This document shows positions 36,791-46,831 of a stretch of 64,000 nt of DNA, in pieces. This DNA is from Gemmatimonadaceae bacterium. GTDB taxonomy: Bacteria > Gemmatimonadota > Gemmatimonadetes > Gemmatimonadales > Gemmatimonadaceae. Position 1 is the stretch's first letter. The number at the start of each line of letters is the position of its first letter. A model generated the notes under the pieces. The model did no database searches. It had not been told where the DNA came from and saw only the letters and a list, made by a program, of their open reading frames with translations. The position numbers were made by a program, and so were the translations under genes. Location of the stretch: positions 24,366-88,365 of the forward strand of contig JADKJT010000017.1 in NCBI GenBank assembly GCA_016720905.1, read 5' to 3'.

Positions 36791-39700
36791 ATGCCCTGGC
36801 AACACATTCGACGCGGAATCGCCCTCGCGGTTCTTGCAGCGCTGCCGGTGGTCGCGACGGCGCAAGTCGCCACGGGAACCGTGCGCGGGCGCGTCACCGA
36901 CGCCGTCACCGGCCGCGCCATCGTGGATGCGCAAGTGCAGGTGACGGGCACGCGTATCGGGGCGGTGACCGGCACCACCGGCGACTATCTCTTGACCCAG
37001 GTGCCGATCGGATCGCGAATCATCAGCGTGCGTCGATTGGGCTTTCAGCCTGCCACGCAGGCCGTGACGATTGTCGCGGACGGATCGGTCACGGCGAATT
37101 TCGCGTTACGCGAGAGTGCCGTGAACCTCAGCGAGGTGGTGGTTACCGGTTCGGCGGCGCCGACGGAGAAACGCAAGATCGGCACGAGTGTGGCATCGGT
37201 CGACTCCACGATGATCGCACGGGCGGTGGCCGTCACAGTGGATCAGGCGCTGCAGGGCAAGGTACCCGGCGCGCAGATCACGCAGAATTCCGGCGGCCCG
37301 GGTGGCGGTGGCATCTCGGTGCGACTGCGGGGCACCAATTCCTTCATCTCCGGCTCCGATCCGCTGTACATCGTGGACGGCGTCATCATCGACAACAGCT
37401 CGGCGCAGCTGGCCGATCTGGGTGGCCGGTCAAATCCGCAGAACCGACTGGCCGATCTCAACCCGTCGGATATCGAGCGCATCGAGATCATCCGGGGCGC
37501 CGCCGCGGCCGCGCTGTACGGGTCCCGCGCCAACAACGGCGTGGTGCAGATCTTCACCAAGCGCGGCAGCATCGGCCGCCCGCGATTCTCGCTGTCGTCG
37601 CGGTATGCGTCCAACGAGTTGCGCGAGCAGCAGCCGTTCAACTTCTATCCGTACGACGTGAGCGGGCTGCCCATCGCGCGCTACAACTATCAGGACGACA
37701 TTTTCCGGCGGTCCAACACACTCGAGCAGAACCTGACCGTCGAGGGCGGCAACGACCAGACGCGCTATTTCATGAGCGCCAACTCGGCGGCCGACGACGG
37801 CATTCTCAAGTCCACCCGGTCGAATCGACAGGGGGCGCGCATCAATCTGCAGCAGCAACTGGCGTCGAAGGTCATCGCCAATGTCACCGCCAATTATATC
37901 ACCACGCGCAACGATGTGCAGGCGTTTGGCGAGCAGAACGACTACGGCATCATGGGTTCGCTGTTCTTCGCGCCCACCAGCGTGAACTTCCGCCCGGTCA
38001 ACGGCATCTACCCGCTGCCGCCGGCGCTGGGCACGAATCCGCTGCTGGCCATCGATCGCATCAAGAATCCGCAGACCATCAATCGCTTCATCGGATCGAC
38101 CAAGCTCACCTGGACGCCGCGTCCCGCGTTGTTGCTGGACTACACGCTGGGCATAGACGCCTACAACTTTGCCCAGAGCCAGTTCATTCCGCGCAACGCC
38201 GTGCTGGGCACGGCGCTGCTGTCCACCGGTCGCTCGCAGTCGGTGATGTCGAACAACCGCGTGGTGAATCAGGATGGCGTGGGCACGTACTCCTGGAAGG
38301 TTGGCGACCGCTTCGACCTGCGCACCACGGGCGGCTTCAACTACACGCAACAGACGGTGAACACCACCAGTGCCGTGGCCAACGGCCTGGCGCCGGTGGG
38401 CGAACTGGTGGGAGCGGGCTCGGTGTTCTCCGCCGGCCAGACCTCGGTGGAATTGCGCACGCTGGGATTCTACGGCCAGCAGGAAGTGGCCTGGAACAAC
38501 CGGTTGTTCCTGACCGGCGCGGTGCGGTACGACGCGTCCAGCACGTTCGCTCCGTCGGAACGCTGGCAGGTGTTTCCCAAGTTCTCGCTCTCGTACGTTG
38601 CCGTGGAGAATCGGCAGGGTGCCTTCAACAGCCTGCGGGTGCGCAGCGCCGTGGGTTGGGCGGGCAGCCAGCCGGGCATCGTGAATGCGTATTCGCAGTT
38701 CGTGGGCTTCACGCAACTGCCGTTTGCCGGACGACCGGGATTTGTGAACGACGTGACGTACGGCAACCCGACGCTGCGCAACGAGCGCGCGCGCGAAGTG
38801 GAGGTGGGTGCCGACGCCAGTTTCCTGTCGGGCAAGGTCAGCGCGGAAGCGACCTACTACAACCGCCTGGTGTCGGATCTGCTGTTCTTCCGCCCACTGG
38901 CCACGAGCACGGGATTCTCGCGCCAATTCTACCCGATCGGCTCGATGTCCAACAAGGGACTGGAGTTGCTTATCCATACGGTGAATGCCGACTCGAAGCG
39001 TTTCAAGTGGGAGTCGACCGTCACCTATTCGACCAACAAGAACCTGGTGGAATCGTTGGCGATTCAGGACTTCCAGTCGGCCGGCGGGTATCCCAATCGC
39101 ATTCGGACGGGCGAGCCGGTAGGCGTGTTCTACGGCTCGTATGCGGCGCGCAACTGCGTGACAGGGGCCTTGCTGCTGGACTCGCTGGGGCGCTATCGCC
39201 GCAGCAACCAGACGGCGGACATGGGCTCCCAGGCGCAAGCGCGCGTGCTCAGTGGCGGCACCTGCAACGACTCGCTCAACAAGGTGATCGGTGATCCGAA
39301 TCCGAAATTCCTCGGATCCTTGCTGAACGAGTTCACGCTGGGCGGCAAACTGCGCTTCCGCGTGCTGCTGGACGGTGTCTTCGGCAACGACATCATGAAT
39401 CTTTCCACGCGCGCCCAGAACGCCGGTGTGGCCAGCAACTCCAAGGAGTACGAGCGCGAGTTGCTGCCCTACGGCGATCCGCGCAAGCTGCCGCCAACAT
39501 TCAACTCCCGAACGCAAGGGATCTTCGAGTACTGGATCGAGGATGGCAGCTTCGTGAAACTGCGCGAACTGTCGGCCAGCTATTCACTCAACACGCCCGC
39601 GGTACGTCGCGTGTTCCGGGATGGCATCGACCTGACGGTGTCCGGTCGCAACCTCGCCGTGTGGACCAAATACTCCGGCTACGATCCCGAGATCAACCTG

Positions 39701-39820
39701 TTCGGCACGAATGCCGGCGGACTCGGGTCGGCGCAAACGACATCCGCCGATCGCGGATTCGATTTCGGTGGCTATCCGATCCCACGGGTGTGGTCGGTCA
39801 GCGCCCGGTTCACCTACTGA
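36791..39820 (+). CDS. SusC/RagA-family TonB-dependent outer-membrane receptor
   Basis: 1009 aa. Signal peptide, CarboxypepD_reg domain (GTVRGRVTDAVTGRAIVDAQVQV), Plug (IERIEIIRGAAAAALYGSRANNGVVQIFTKRG), a long barrel, and a terminal aromatic residue (SARFTY). Confidence 0.9.
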   Translation: MPWQHIRRGIALAVLAALPVVATAQVATGTVRGRVTDAVTGRAIVDAQVQVTGTRIGAVTGTTGDYLLTQVPIGSRIISVRRLGFQPATQAVTIVADGSVTANFALRESAVNLSEVVVTGSAAPTEKRKIGTSVASVDSTMIARAVAVTVDQALQGKVPGAQITQNSGGPGGGGISVRLRGTNSFISGSDPLYIVDGVIIDNSSAQLADLGGRSNPQNRLADLNPSDIERIEIIRGAAAAALYGSRANNGVVQIFTKRGSIGRPRFSLSSRYASNELREQQPFNFYPYDVSGLPIARYNYQDDIFRRSNTLEQNLTVEGGNDQTRYFMSANSAADDGILKSTRSNRQGARINLQQQLASKVIANVTANYITTRNDVQAFGEQNDYGIMGSLFFAPTSVNFRPVNGIYPLPPALGTNPLLAIDRIKNPQTINRFIGSTKLTWTPRPALLLDYTLGIDAYNFAQSQFIPRNAVLGTALLSTGRSQSVMSNNRVVNQDGVGTYSWKVGDRFDLRTTGGFNYTQQTVNTTSAVANGLAPVGELVGAGSVFSAGQTSVELRTLGFYGQQEVAWNNRLFLTGAVRYDASSTFAPSERWQVFPKFSLSYVAVENRQGAFNSLRVRSAVGWAGSQPGIVNAYSQFVGFTQLPFAGRPGFVNDVTYGNPTLRNERAREVEVGADASFLSGKVSAEATYYNRLVSDLLFFRPLATSTGFSRQFYPIGSMSNKGLELLIHTVNADSKRFKWESTVTYSTNKNLVESLAIQDFQSAGGYPNRIRTGEPVGVFYGSYAARNCVTGALLLDSLGRYRRSNQTADMGSQAQARVLSGGTCNDSLNKVIGDPNPKFLGSLLNEFTLGGKLRFRVLLDGVFGNDIMNLSTRAQNAGVASNSKEYERELLPYGDPRKLPPTFNSRTQGIFEYWIEDGSFVKLRELSASYSLNTPAVRRVFRDGIDLTVSGRNLAVWTKYSGYDPEINLFGTNAGGLGSAQTTSADRGFDFGGYPIPRVWSVSARFTY

Positions 39821-39836
39821 TCGCGGAGACCAACTC

Positions 39837-41210
39837 ATGCGCATGATCAAGCAGTGCGCGGTGGTCATCACCGCCGCGTCATTCACTATGGTCGGGGCGT
39901 GCAGCCTCGACCTGCAGAATCCCAACGCCCCCACGGAAGCGCAGGTCACCACCAGCGCGGACGGGGTGATCGCGCTGGCCACCGGCCTGCAGTCGCGGTT
40001 TGCCACGTCGTATTTCAACTACGCCTACGCGGCCGGGCTGGTCACCGATGAGTTTTCGGCCACCAGCGCGGCGCTCATCTCCATTTCCGATGCGGAGCAG
40101 GGCTCGGTGCCGTCGGGGACGGGCATTGCCGACAACGTGTTCAATTCGGTGTATCGCACCGTGCGCACGGCTGACGATCTGCTCAACGGCGCCGATGCGC
40201 TGTCGGCGCAGTTTGACGCCGGCACGCGAGCCGGATTGCGCGCGCTGGCCCTCACACTGAAGGCCGAGGCGCTGGGCGAGGCCCTGCAATCGTACCAGAC
40301 GATTCCGATCGCCACGTTTGGCGTCACGGCGCCGACGTACGTGTCGCGGTCGGTGGCCCTGCCGTACGTGCGCGGGCTGCTCGACTCGGCGGCCACGATC
40401 ATTGCGGCGGCCCCGCCGAGCTCGTTCTTCACCACCAGCATCCTGACGCCGGGTGTCAGTCTGTCCAATGTCATTCAGCTCTATCGGGCGCGGTATGCCC
40501 GCATGGCGAATGACGATGCGGCGGCGCTGGCGGCGGCGAATCTGGTGGCGCGTACGGGAACGGCGGCGCTGTCGGTACTGACGTTTCCCGCGCCAACGGT
40601 CAACCCGTTTGCCAATGTCACGGGCGGCACCAACGGCATTGCCCCGCGCCGCAACTGGCGGCTGAGCATGACCGGCGGTGATCAACGGTTTGCGTACTTC
40701 GTGACGCCATCGACGGCCCTGACGGGTCGCATCGGCGCGCCGTTGGACAACTGGAACCGGTACGCCAGCACGCAGGCGCCGCTGCCGCTGTATTTGCCCG
40801 ACGAGGCGTTGCTCATCAAGGCCGAGGCGTTGGCGCGTACGAACCAGTTGTCTGCGGCGCAGGCAGTGATCGACTCGGTGCGCACCGATTGCACCGGCGG
40901 GCGCGGACTGGACGATCCGAAGGCCTGTCTGACGCCCCTGACTGGCGCGCTGACGCAATCGCAGCTGCTGGATGAAATCTATCTGCAGCGTCGCTACGAG
41001 TTGTTCAGCAGCGGACTGCGGTGGGAAGACGCCCGGCGTCGTGGGGCGATTCGTGGCCCCGCGTCGTCACCCAACATTCCGCTGGACGGTCAGCGCTGCT
41101 GGCTGCCGTACTCGATTGGTGATCGCAACGCCAACCCGAACGCGACTTTTGCGGTGCTGCCCGATCCGGCAGAGCCGACCGCGTTTCCCGCCACCTGTGC
41201 GACGCCGTGA
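39837..41210 (+). CDS. SusD/RagB-family outer-membrane lipoprotein
   Basis: ATG 39837, lipoprotein signal (AASFTMVGACS). Helical TPR-like body. Family-typical C-terminal block (EIYLQRRYELFSSGLRWEDARR). Lies immediately after the SusC-like gene. Confidence 0.8.
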   Translation: MRMIKQCAVVITAASFTMVGACSLDLQNPNAPTEAQVTTSADGVIALATGLQSRFATSYFNYAYAAGLVTDEFSATSAALISISDAEQGSVPSGTGIADNVFNSVYRTVRTADDLLNGADALSAQFDAGTRAGLRALALTLKAEALGEALQSYQTIPIATFGVTAPTYVSRSVALPYVRGLLDSAATIIAAAPPSSFFTTSILTPGVSLSNVIQLYRARYARMANDDAAALAAANLVARTGTAALSVLTFPAPTVNPFANVTGGTNGIAPRRNWRLSMTGGDQRFAYFVTPSTALTGRIGAPLDNWNRYASTQAPLPLYLPDEALLIKAEALARTNQLSAAQAVIDSVRTDCTGGRGLDDPKACLTPLTGALTQSQLLDEIYLQRRYELFSSGLRWEDARRRGAIRGPASSPNIPLDGQRCWLPYSIGDRNANPNATFAVLPDPAEPTAFPATCATP

Positions 41211-41221
41211 GGACGCGACTG

Positions 41222-42034
41222 ATGACCCATACTTTCTCTCCGTCGGAGACGTCCCGCATGTTGCCTCGCCTCTCGCGTCGTCTGACCATGGCTGCGCTCG
41301 GCGGCGTGTCGGTGTTTGCCGTCGCCTGCGGGACCACCGAGGCGCCGGATCCCCTGTCGCCGTCCGGTGCACAAGGCCGGATTCGTTTCGTCAATCTGAT
41401 CACTGACACCACGCGCGGACGCGTCAACGCGATTCTCGAATCGGTGCCGTTCGGGGTGAATCTCACGTACACGGTGAGCACTCCGGCGGCGCTGCCGTCG
41501 CCGGCGACGGCCACCTACTCCCCGATTCTCACCGGCAGTCGCACACTGGTCCTCAAGCGCACGATCGACACGAACACGGTCGTGAGCACGTTCGCGGTCA
41601 CCATTACCGAGGGACAGGATCGCACGGTGTATGCCGTGGGCGGGACGGGGGGATCGGCGATTGCGTCGTTCGTCACCACCGATGACAACACGTTGCCGAC
41701 GGTGGGCACGCAGGCGAAGGTCCGGGTGGTGCACCTGAGCCCTACCCCGGGTGCGGTCGATCTCTTCGTGACAGCGACCGGCGCCGACCTGGCGGCCGCC
41801 ACGCCGGTGCTGACGAACATCGCCAATCAATCGGCGTCGGCGTATCTGAACCTCAACGCCGGGACCTATCAGGTGCGGGCTGTTCCCGCTGGAACCGCCG
41901 CGGGCTCTCGTGCGGCGAGTGTCATCATTACCGCCAGTGTCGCCCTGAATGGCGGGACGGTTCGCACGATCGTGGCGGCCGACAACAACGTTGGTGGTGC
42001 ACCACTGCGTGCGTTTGTGCTCACGGACCGCTAG
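41222..42034 (+). CDS. DUF4397 domain lipoprotein
   Basis: Lipoprotein signal (GGVSVFAVACG). Two DUF4397-type repeats (RIRFVNLITD..., KVRVVHLSPTPGAVDLFVTATG...YLNLNAGTYQVRAVPAG). Confidence 0.7.
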   Translation: MTHTFSPSETSRMLPRLSRRLTMAALGGVSVFAVACGTTEAPDPLSPSGAQGRIRFVNLITDTTRGRVNAILESVPFGVNLTYTVSTPAALPSPATATYSPILTGSRTLVLKRTIDTNTVVSTFAVTITEGQDRTVYAVGGTGGSAIASFVTTDDNTLPTVGTQAKVRVVHLSPTPGAVDLFVTATGADLAAATPVLTNIANQSASAYLNLNAGTYQVRAVPAGTAAGSRAASVIITASVALNGGTVRTIVAADNNVGGAPLRAFVLTDR

Positions 42035-42058
42035 TCGCGCGTGCGCGTGATTTCCCGT

Positions 42059-42090
42059 CGGCCCGCCTTCGCTCTCGCGTTGGCGGGCCG
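42059..42090 (+). terminator. GC-rich stem-loop after the DUF4397 gene
   Basis: CGGCCCGCC (42059-42067) pairs with GGCGGGCCG (42082-42090) around a 14-nt loop. No clear T-run follows. Confidence 0.35.
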
Positions 42091-42122
42091 GCGTCTTCTG
42101 CCACCATCCGTCCTCTCGCATC

Positions 42123-42896
42123 ATGTCCAATCGCACCATCGTGATCACGGGCGCCAGCGGCGGCATTGGTGCCGCGTTGGCGGAGCAGCTGGCCCCGACT
42201 GGCTGTGCGCTCGTGCTGGTGGCTCGACGCGCTGACACTCTTGCGGCGGTCGCCGCGCGGTGCGGTGCCAATGTGATGACAATCACCGCCGATGTGACAT
42301 CCCGTGCCACTGTGCGCGCGATCGTGGCCGACACCCTGGCCCGATTCGGCCGCATCGACGTCTGGGTGAACAACGTGGGGCAGGGCATTTCGCGGATGCC
42401 CAGTGAACTCACCGGCGACGATGTCGACGAGATGATGCGCATCAATGTGAAGTCCGCGCTGTACGGCATGCAGGAGACACTGGACCACTTTCGCGAACGT
42501 GGGACGGGTCACGTGATCAACGTGTCGTCGATGCTGGGGCGCATGCCACTGGCGCTGCAGCGGTCGGCCTACAGCGGTGCGAAGCACTTCCTGAATGCGC
42601 TCACGGCGAATTTCCGCGCGGAGATTCAGCAGACGCATCCGGACATTCAGTTCTCGCTGGTGTCGCCGGGCGTGGTGCGGACCGATTTCGGCTTGAATGC
42701 CGTGCATGGCGGGATCGACTCGCGCGCCTTGCCGTATTCGCAGAGCGCCGAGGAAGTGGCGGCGGTGATTGCACAGGTCATCGAGTCGCGCGCCCCGGAC
42801 GTCTATACGCGAGCTGGGGCACGTGACCACGTGGCCGCGCACTTCGCCGTGATCGGGGTGGACCCGACGTTGCCCCCCGGAAATTCCCCTACGTAG
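42123..42896 (+). CDS. short-chain dehydrogenase/reductase (SDR)
   Basis: TGASGGIGAALA cofactor motif, NNVG, and the S...YSGAK catalytic motif. Confidence 0.9.
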   Translation: MSNRTIVITGASGGIGAALAEQLAPTGCALVLVARRADTLAAVAARCGANVMTITADVTSRATVRAIVADTLARFGRIDVWVNNVGQGISRMPSELTGDDVDEMMRINVKSALYGMQETLDHFRERGTGHVINVSSMLGRMPLALQRSAYSGAKHFLNALTANFRAEIQQTHPDIQFSLVSPGVVRTDFGLNAVHGGIDSRALPYSQSAEEVAAVIAQVIESRAPDVYTRAGARDHVAAHFAVIGVDPTLPPGNSPT

Positions 42897-43013
42897 TGCT
42901 GGGCACAAGTACGGATCGTGCGACACCGGTACAGCCGCTAGCCTCCGGAGAACAGCATCTGCGTGGCATGGTTTGACGCCACGCGCCTTGCCACCATCTC
43001 CGGACGAGTGTCC

Positions 43014-44093
43014 ATGTCTTCGATCATGCGTCAGTACTTTCGGGCAGCGCTCCCTCTGCTGGTAGTCGCTTCGGCGGCCTGTTCAGAATCTGAAGCCAAT
43101 CCGACCGGGCCCAACGGCCAAATCCCCGAGCCGGCGATCAACCAGATCGTGACGTACGGTCCGCTCAATGCCAGCAGCTCCGATACACTGGTGTACTTCA
43201 GCTTCGCGACCGGCGGGCTGGTGGCCAGATCGGCCGACTGGGATCTGGCGTTTCGGCGCTATGAGCTTCGACTGAACAGCCCCGCGATCGCCGGGTCCGG
43301 CAGCAAGAACGTGCTTGGTTTTCCGTTGGACAACAACAAGGCGGCCAGCGACGCGCAGGTGCTGGCCTTCACTCCGGCGGCGACACTCGACGCGTTCAAC
43401 CTGGTGCGTGATGCGCAGATCCCGCCCGACGATCAGTTCCAGACTGATCGCCTGACGGAGAACCGGCAGGGATTCCTGAATCTCAGCGGCGTGCCGTCCG
43501 CCAATGCGGCGGCGTACTGGAAGGTGCGACTGGCGAACGGCTCATTTGCCTTGCTGCGGGCCACGGCCATCGCCTTCACCCCGCAGTTCCAGGTGCAGTC
43601 GCTTACTCTGGAATCCCGCGTGCAGAGTGGCTCGACGCTTGGCGCGCCACAGACCTTGACACTGACGCCCGCAGGTCAGACCACCGCCGTCAGCCTCGTG
43701 ACGAACGGGGTTGTGGCATCTCCCAGTGGCTGCAATTGGGATTTCCAGTTCAACCCGGCGGCAAACCAACTGGCCATTACCGTCAACACGGTGTGCGGTG
43801 TGGGCAGCTATCCCGGTGCCTCCTCCCCGACATTTGCCAACGCCACGGCGGCCAGCGACGCGCCACAGTACGCCGCGTATCTGGCCCAGCTGGTCGGACC
43901 CATCCCGAATTCGGTGACCGACAAGAGTGCACCATTCCGATATAACCTGACCGGCAACGATCGCCTGCACGCCTCTTTCAACACCTACCTGGTGCGTTCC
44001 GGCGTGAAGACGTACAAGGTCCAGGTCACCGACTACTACAGCAACACCGGCGTGGCCGGATTCCCCACGATTCGCTACGCGCGCATTCGGTAA
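43014..44093 (+). CDS. HmuY-like lipoprotein
   Basis: ATG 43014, lipoprotein signal (LLVVASAACS). DWDLAFRRYELRLNS and the C-terminal YKVQVTDYY...YARI resemble the HmuY family. Lies directly upstream of a TonB-dependent receptor, as in hmuY-hmuR loci. Confidence 0.55.
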   Translation: MSSIMRQYFRAALPLLVVASAACSESEANPTGPNGQIPEPAINQIVTYGPLNASSSDTLVYFSFATGGLVARSADWDLAFRRYELRLNSPAIAGSGSKNVLGFPLDNNKAASDAQVLAFTPAATLDAFNLVRDAQIPPDDQFQTDRLTENRQGFLNLSGVPSANAAAYWKVRLANGSFALLRATAIAFTPQFQVQSLTLESRVQSGSTLGAPQTLTLTPAGQTTAVSLVTNGVVASPSGCNWDFQFNPAANQLAITVNTVCGVGSYPGASSPTFANATAASDAPQYAAYLAQLVGPIPNSVTDKSAPFRYNLTGNDRLHASFNTYLVRSGVKTYKVQVTDYYSNTGVAGFPTIRYARIR

Positions 44094-44097
44094 TACG

Positions 44098-46302
44098 GTG
44101 CGCCAGATGACGAGGCGAAGGGGCGTCCAGATGGCGACGGTGATTGGCACCCGCATCGCGATCGCGCTCATCGTGATCCCGATATCGTCGGCGGGTGCCC
44201 AGACGACACCAGCCGCCACCGAGCGCGTCAGCACGATCCGCGGCGTGGTGCTTGGCCGAGGCGATCGGGTGGGAATTCTTGCCGCCGAGTTGCAGGTGTT
44301 GCGCACCAACGCCCGCACGCGCACTGACGAAGGAGGTCGCTTTCGGCTCGTCGCCAGCATCGGCGACACGGTGTCCGTGCGCGCCCTGGGCTTTCGTCAG
44401 CGGCGCCTGGTGGTTTCGGACGATTCGCTGTCGGTGACACTGGAACCGCTGCCTACCGTTCTGCCGGTCTTCACCACCACCGTCGGCCAACGAGTGATTC
44501 GGGCCAGCGAATCACCGCGCAGCGTGACGGTGCTCGATCAGCGGGCGATTGCCGCAACGGCCGCCGTGTCGGCAAGTCAGCTGCTGCGGCAGATACCCGG
44601 CCTGCAGGAGTTGCCGGCGCCGCCGTCAAAGACATCGATCTCCATTCGCGGCTTTGATAATTCGCGGGTGCTGGTGCTGGTGGATGGCGAGCCGGTGGCC
44701 GGTTCGCTGGTGGACAGCCGCGACATCGGTCGATTGTCCACCCTGGCCACCGAGCGCATCGAAGTCACCAAAGGCCCATCAAGCGTGGAGTTCGGAAGCG
44801 ATGCACTGGGCGGCGTGATCAATGTGGTGCAGGCGGCACCATCAGCACGTCTGTCGCTGGATGGTCAGCTCCGTACCGGTGAACTGGGACGACAGGAAGC
44901 AACCGTTGGCGCGAGTCAGCAGTTGGGCCGGCTGGGCTATCGGTTCACTGGTGGATGGCGCCAGTCGGATCGACTGACGGGCTACAATGCGATCGGGTCC
45001 ACCTTCAATCGGCTGTACGACGTGCGGAGCGACCTGCGATATGCGGTGAGCGATCGGTGGACGATGCGGCTCGATCTGCAGGGTGCGCAGGAACGGCAGC
45101 GTTTTCCCGTAGACGCACAGTTCAACGGATTCATCGACAATCACGGGGGACAGGGATTTCTCGAATTGTCAGGCTCCGTCGGCGGTGGCAGTGTGAGAGC
45201 GAGGGCCTTCGAGCAGCGATTTGCCTACGAGTATCGCCAGTCGCGCGGCGCCTTGCCGATTCGCGGCTCGGCCGATTCGCTGCGACAGCAGGAGCGACAG
45301 GGACGATACCTGCTGTCCTATACGCGGTCGCTCGCGGCCCACACCGTGGACATCGGCGTGCAGCATTCGGCGCGCACGTTGGTGGCGCCCGCCAAGGTGG
45401 ACGGCGATAGCGCGCGCGACAACGTGAATGAAGTGTTCGCCCGCGATCAGTGGACCGTGGGCCCCGTGCTGCTGACGGCCGGCGCGCGTCATACGGCCAG
45501 TTCGCTCTGGGGCAGCTCCACCAATCCGTCGGTTGGACTCGCCTGGCAAGTGGCCAGCGTCGTGCGGATGCGCGGCAACGTGGCGCGTGGATTTCGCGCC
45601 CCAGGCTTCAAGGAGATTCGCTACACGTTCTTCAATCCCGCCGGCGGCTATACGCTGGTTGGCAATCCGAACCTGCAACCGGAAACGTCCTGGAGCAGCA
45701 CGCTCGGCGGCACCTGGGCGCCGTCCGCCACCGTGTCCATCGACGTGGAAGGGTATCGCAATGACGTCGACGGGCTGATTGACTGGCGTTTCCAAGGCAA
45801 CAACGCCGCCGGCTATCAGGTGTATGCCAACGTCAACGTGGCGCGAGCGCGAACACAAGGCGTGGAGACGGCGGCGCGATGGTCATGGCAGGCCACCGCC
45901 TTCACACTGGGGTACGACTTCCTGCGCGCGCGGGATCTGGGCACCGGACTTCCCCTCAGTCGCCGCGCCTCGCATACGGCGCGCTTCACCGCCGCGCGCG
46001 AATGGCGCGTGCGTCGAGGCCTGTCGTCCGATCTGTCCGTGCGATACACGGGCAACGCGCCGCTCATCGGCATCCCGATCGGCGCACCGATCACCGGACC
46101 GTTCTCCACGGAATCGGGGATCATCGGGCGACAAGGCGCGCTCTTGTCGGTTGACGGACAGCTTCGGCTGATGATGACCACCCGGGCGGAATTGTCGGTT
46201 GGCGTCAATAACGCGTTCAATCAGCAACCGGCGCTGTGGACGCCGGCGTTTGCGCGTCAAGTCTATGTGGGAGTACGGGTCCACTGGGTGGACCAGCCGT
46301 AG
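44098..46302 (+). CDS. TonB-dependent outer-membrane receptor (with N-terminal CarboxypepD_reg domain)
   Basis: 734 aa. IRGVVLG...DEGGRFRL (CarboxypepD_reg), Plug (SISIRGFDNSRVLVLVDGEP, IERIEVTKGPSSVEFGSDALGGVINVV), and a barrel with the RAPGFKE motif. Confidence 0.9.
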   Translation: MRQMTRRRGVQMATVIGTRIAIALIVIPISSAGAQTTPAATERVSTIRGVVLGRGDRVGILAAELQVLRTNARTRTDEGGRFRLVASIGDTVSVRALGFRQRRLVVSDDSLSVTLEPLPTVLPVFTTTVGQRVIRASESPRSVTVLDQRAIAATAAVSASQLLRQIPGLQELPAPPSKTSISIRGFDNSRVLVLVDGEPVAGSLVDSRDIGRLSTLATERIEVTKGPSSVEFGSDALGGVINVVQAAPSARLSLDGQLRTGELGRQEATVGASQQLGRLGYRFTGGWRQSDRLTGYNAIGSTFNRLYDVRSDLRYAVSDRWTMRLDLQGAQERQRFPVDAQFNGFIDNHGGQGFLELSGSVGGGSVRARAFEQRFAYEYRQSRGALPIRGSADSLRQQERQGRYLLSYTRSLAAHTVDIGVQHSARTLVAPAKVDGDSARDNVNEVFARDQWTVGPVLLTAGARHTASSLWGSSTNPSVGLAWQVASVVRMRGNVARGFRAPGFKEIRYTFFNPAGGYTLVGNPNLQPETSWSSTLGGTWAPSATVSIDVEGYRNDVDGLIDWRFQGNNAAGYQVYANVNVARARTQGVETAARWSWQATAFTLGYDFLRARDLGTGLPLSRRASHTARFTAAREWRVRRGLSSDLSVRYTGNAPLIGIPIGAPITGPFSTESGIIGRQGALLSVDGQLRLMMTTRAELSVGVNNAFNQQPALWTPAFARQVYVGVRVHWVDQP

Positions 46303-46348
46303 CGCGGCGGCCCTTGACGTCGCACACACCGGGTGGGATTGTCGAGGT

Positions 46349-46831
46349 GTGCGCATACTCGGATCGGTCCTCGGTGGCCTTGGCGCGACGCTGCTGTTGA
46401 GCGGTCTGGCCGTGACGATGCTGTCGGCGCAGGGCGTGCGTGGCGTGGTCGTCCAACGCCATGGCACCACGCCGGCAAGCGGTGTCATTGTGGTACTCGA
46501 GAATGCGGCGGGAGCCGTCGTTGGTCGGACATTGTCCGATGGCCGTGGTGATTTTCGGCTCCCCCTGACGTCAACGGGCACGTATCGCGCGCGTATGCTG
46601 CGCGTCGGCTTTCAGCCAACCATCATTACCGGCATTGCTGTTCGGGACACCGGCACGACGGCACTGCATGTGGTACTGACCAGCGCGCCCGTCACCTTGC
46701 CTACGGTCTCCGTTCGCAGTGAAGACATCTGTCGCGGCGATCGCAGCGACGGGGCGTTGGTGGCCGCGGTGTGGGAAGAAGCGCGCAAGGCCTGTTGGCG
46801 TCGGAACTGTCCGACGCGTCGGCGCCCCTGA
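46349..46831 (+). CDS. CarboxypepD_reg-Plug protein paralogue 3, N-terminal fragment (frame broken near 46790)
   Basis: Signal peptide (VRILGSVLGGLGATLLLSGLAVTMLSAQ) and a CarboxypepD_reg unit (GVVVQRHGTTPASGVIVVLENAAG...DGRGDFRL). The sequence becomes junk (CWRRNCPTRRRP) after ...VAAVWEEARKA. Confidence 0.6.
   Translation: MRILGSVLGGLGATLLLSGLAVTMLSAQGVRGVVVQRHGTTPASGVIVVLENAAGAVVGRTLSDGRGDFRLPLTSTGTYRARMLRVGFQPTIITGIAVRDTGTTALHVVLTSAPVTLPTVSVRSEDICRGDRSDGALVAAVWEEARKACWRRNCPTRRRP

Noticed and set aside
37430-39517. 695-aa minus-strand ORF antisense to the SusC-like receptor. Related: 39879..40958(-) antisense to SusD, and 41090..42469(-) spanning DUF4397 and the SDR gene.
   Set aside because: Shadow ORFs with R/H/Q-rich, low-complexity translation. 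The plus-strand genes carry clear family motifs and signal peptides.
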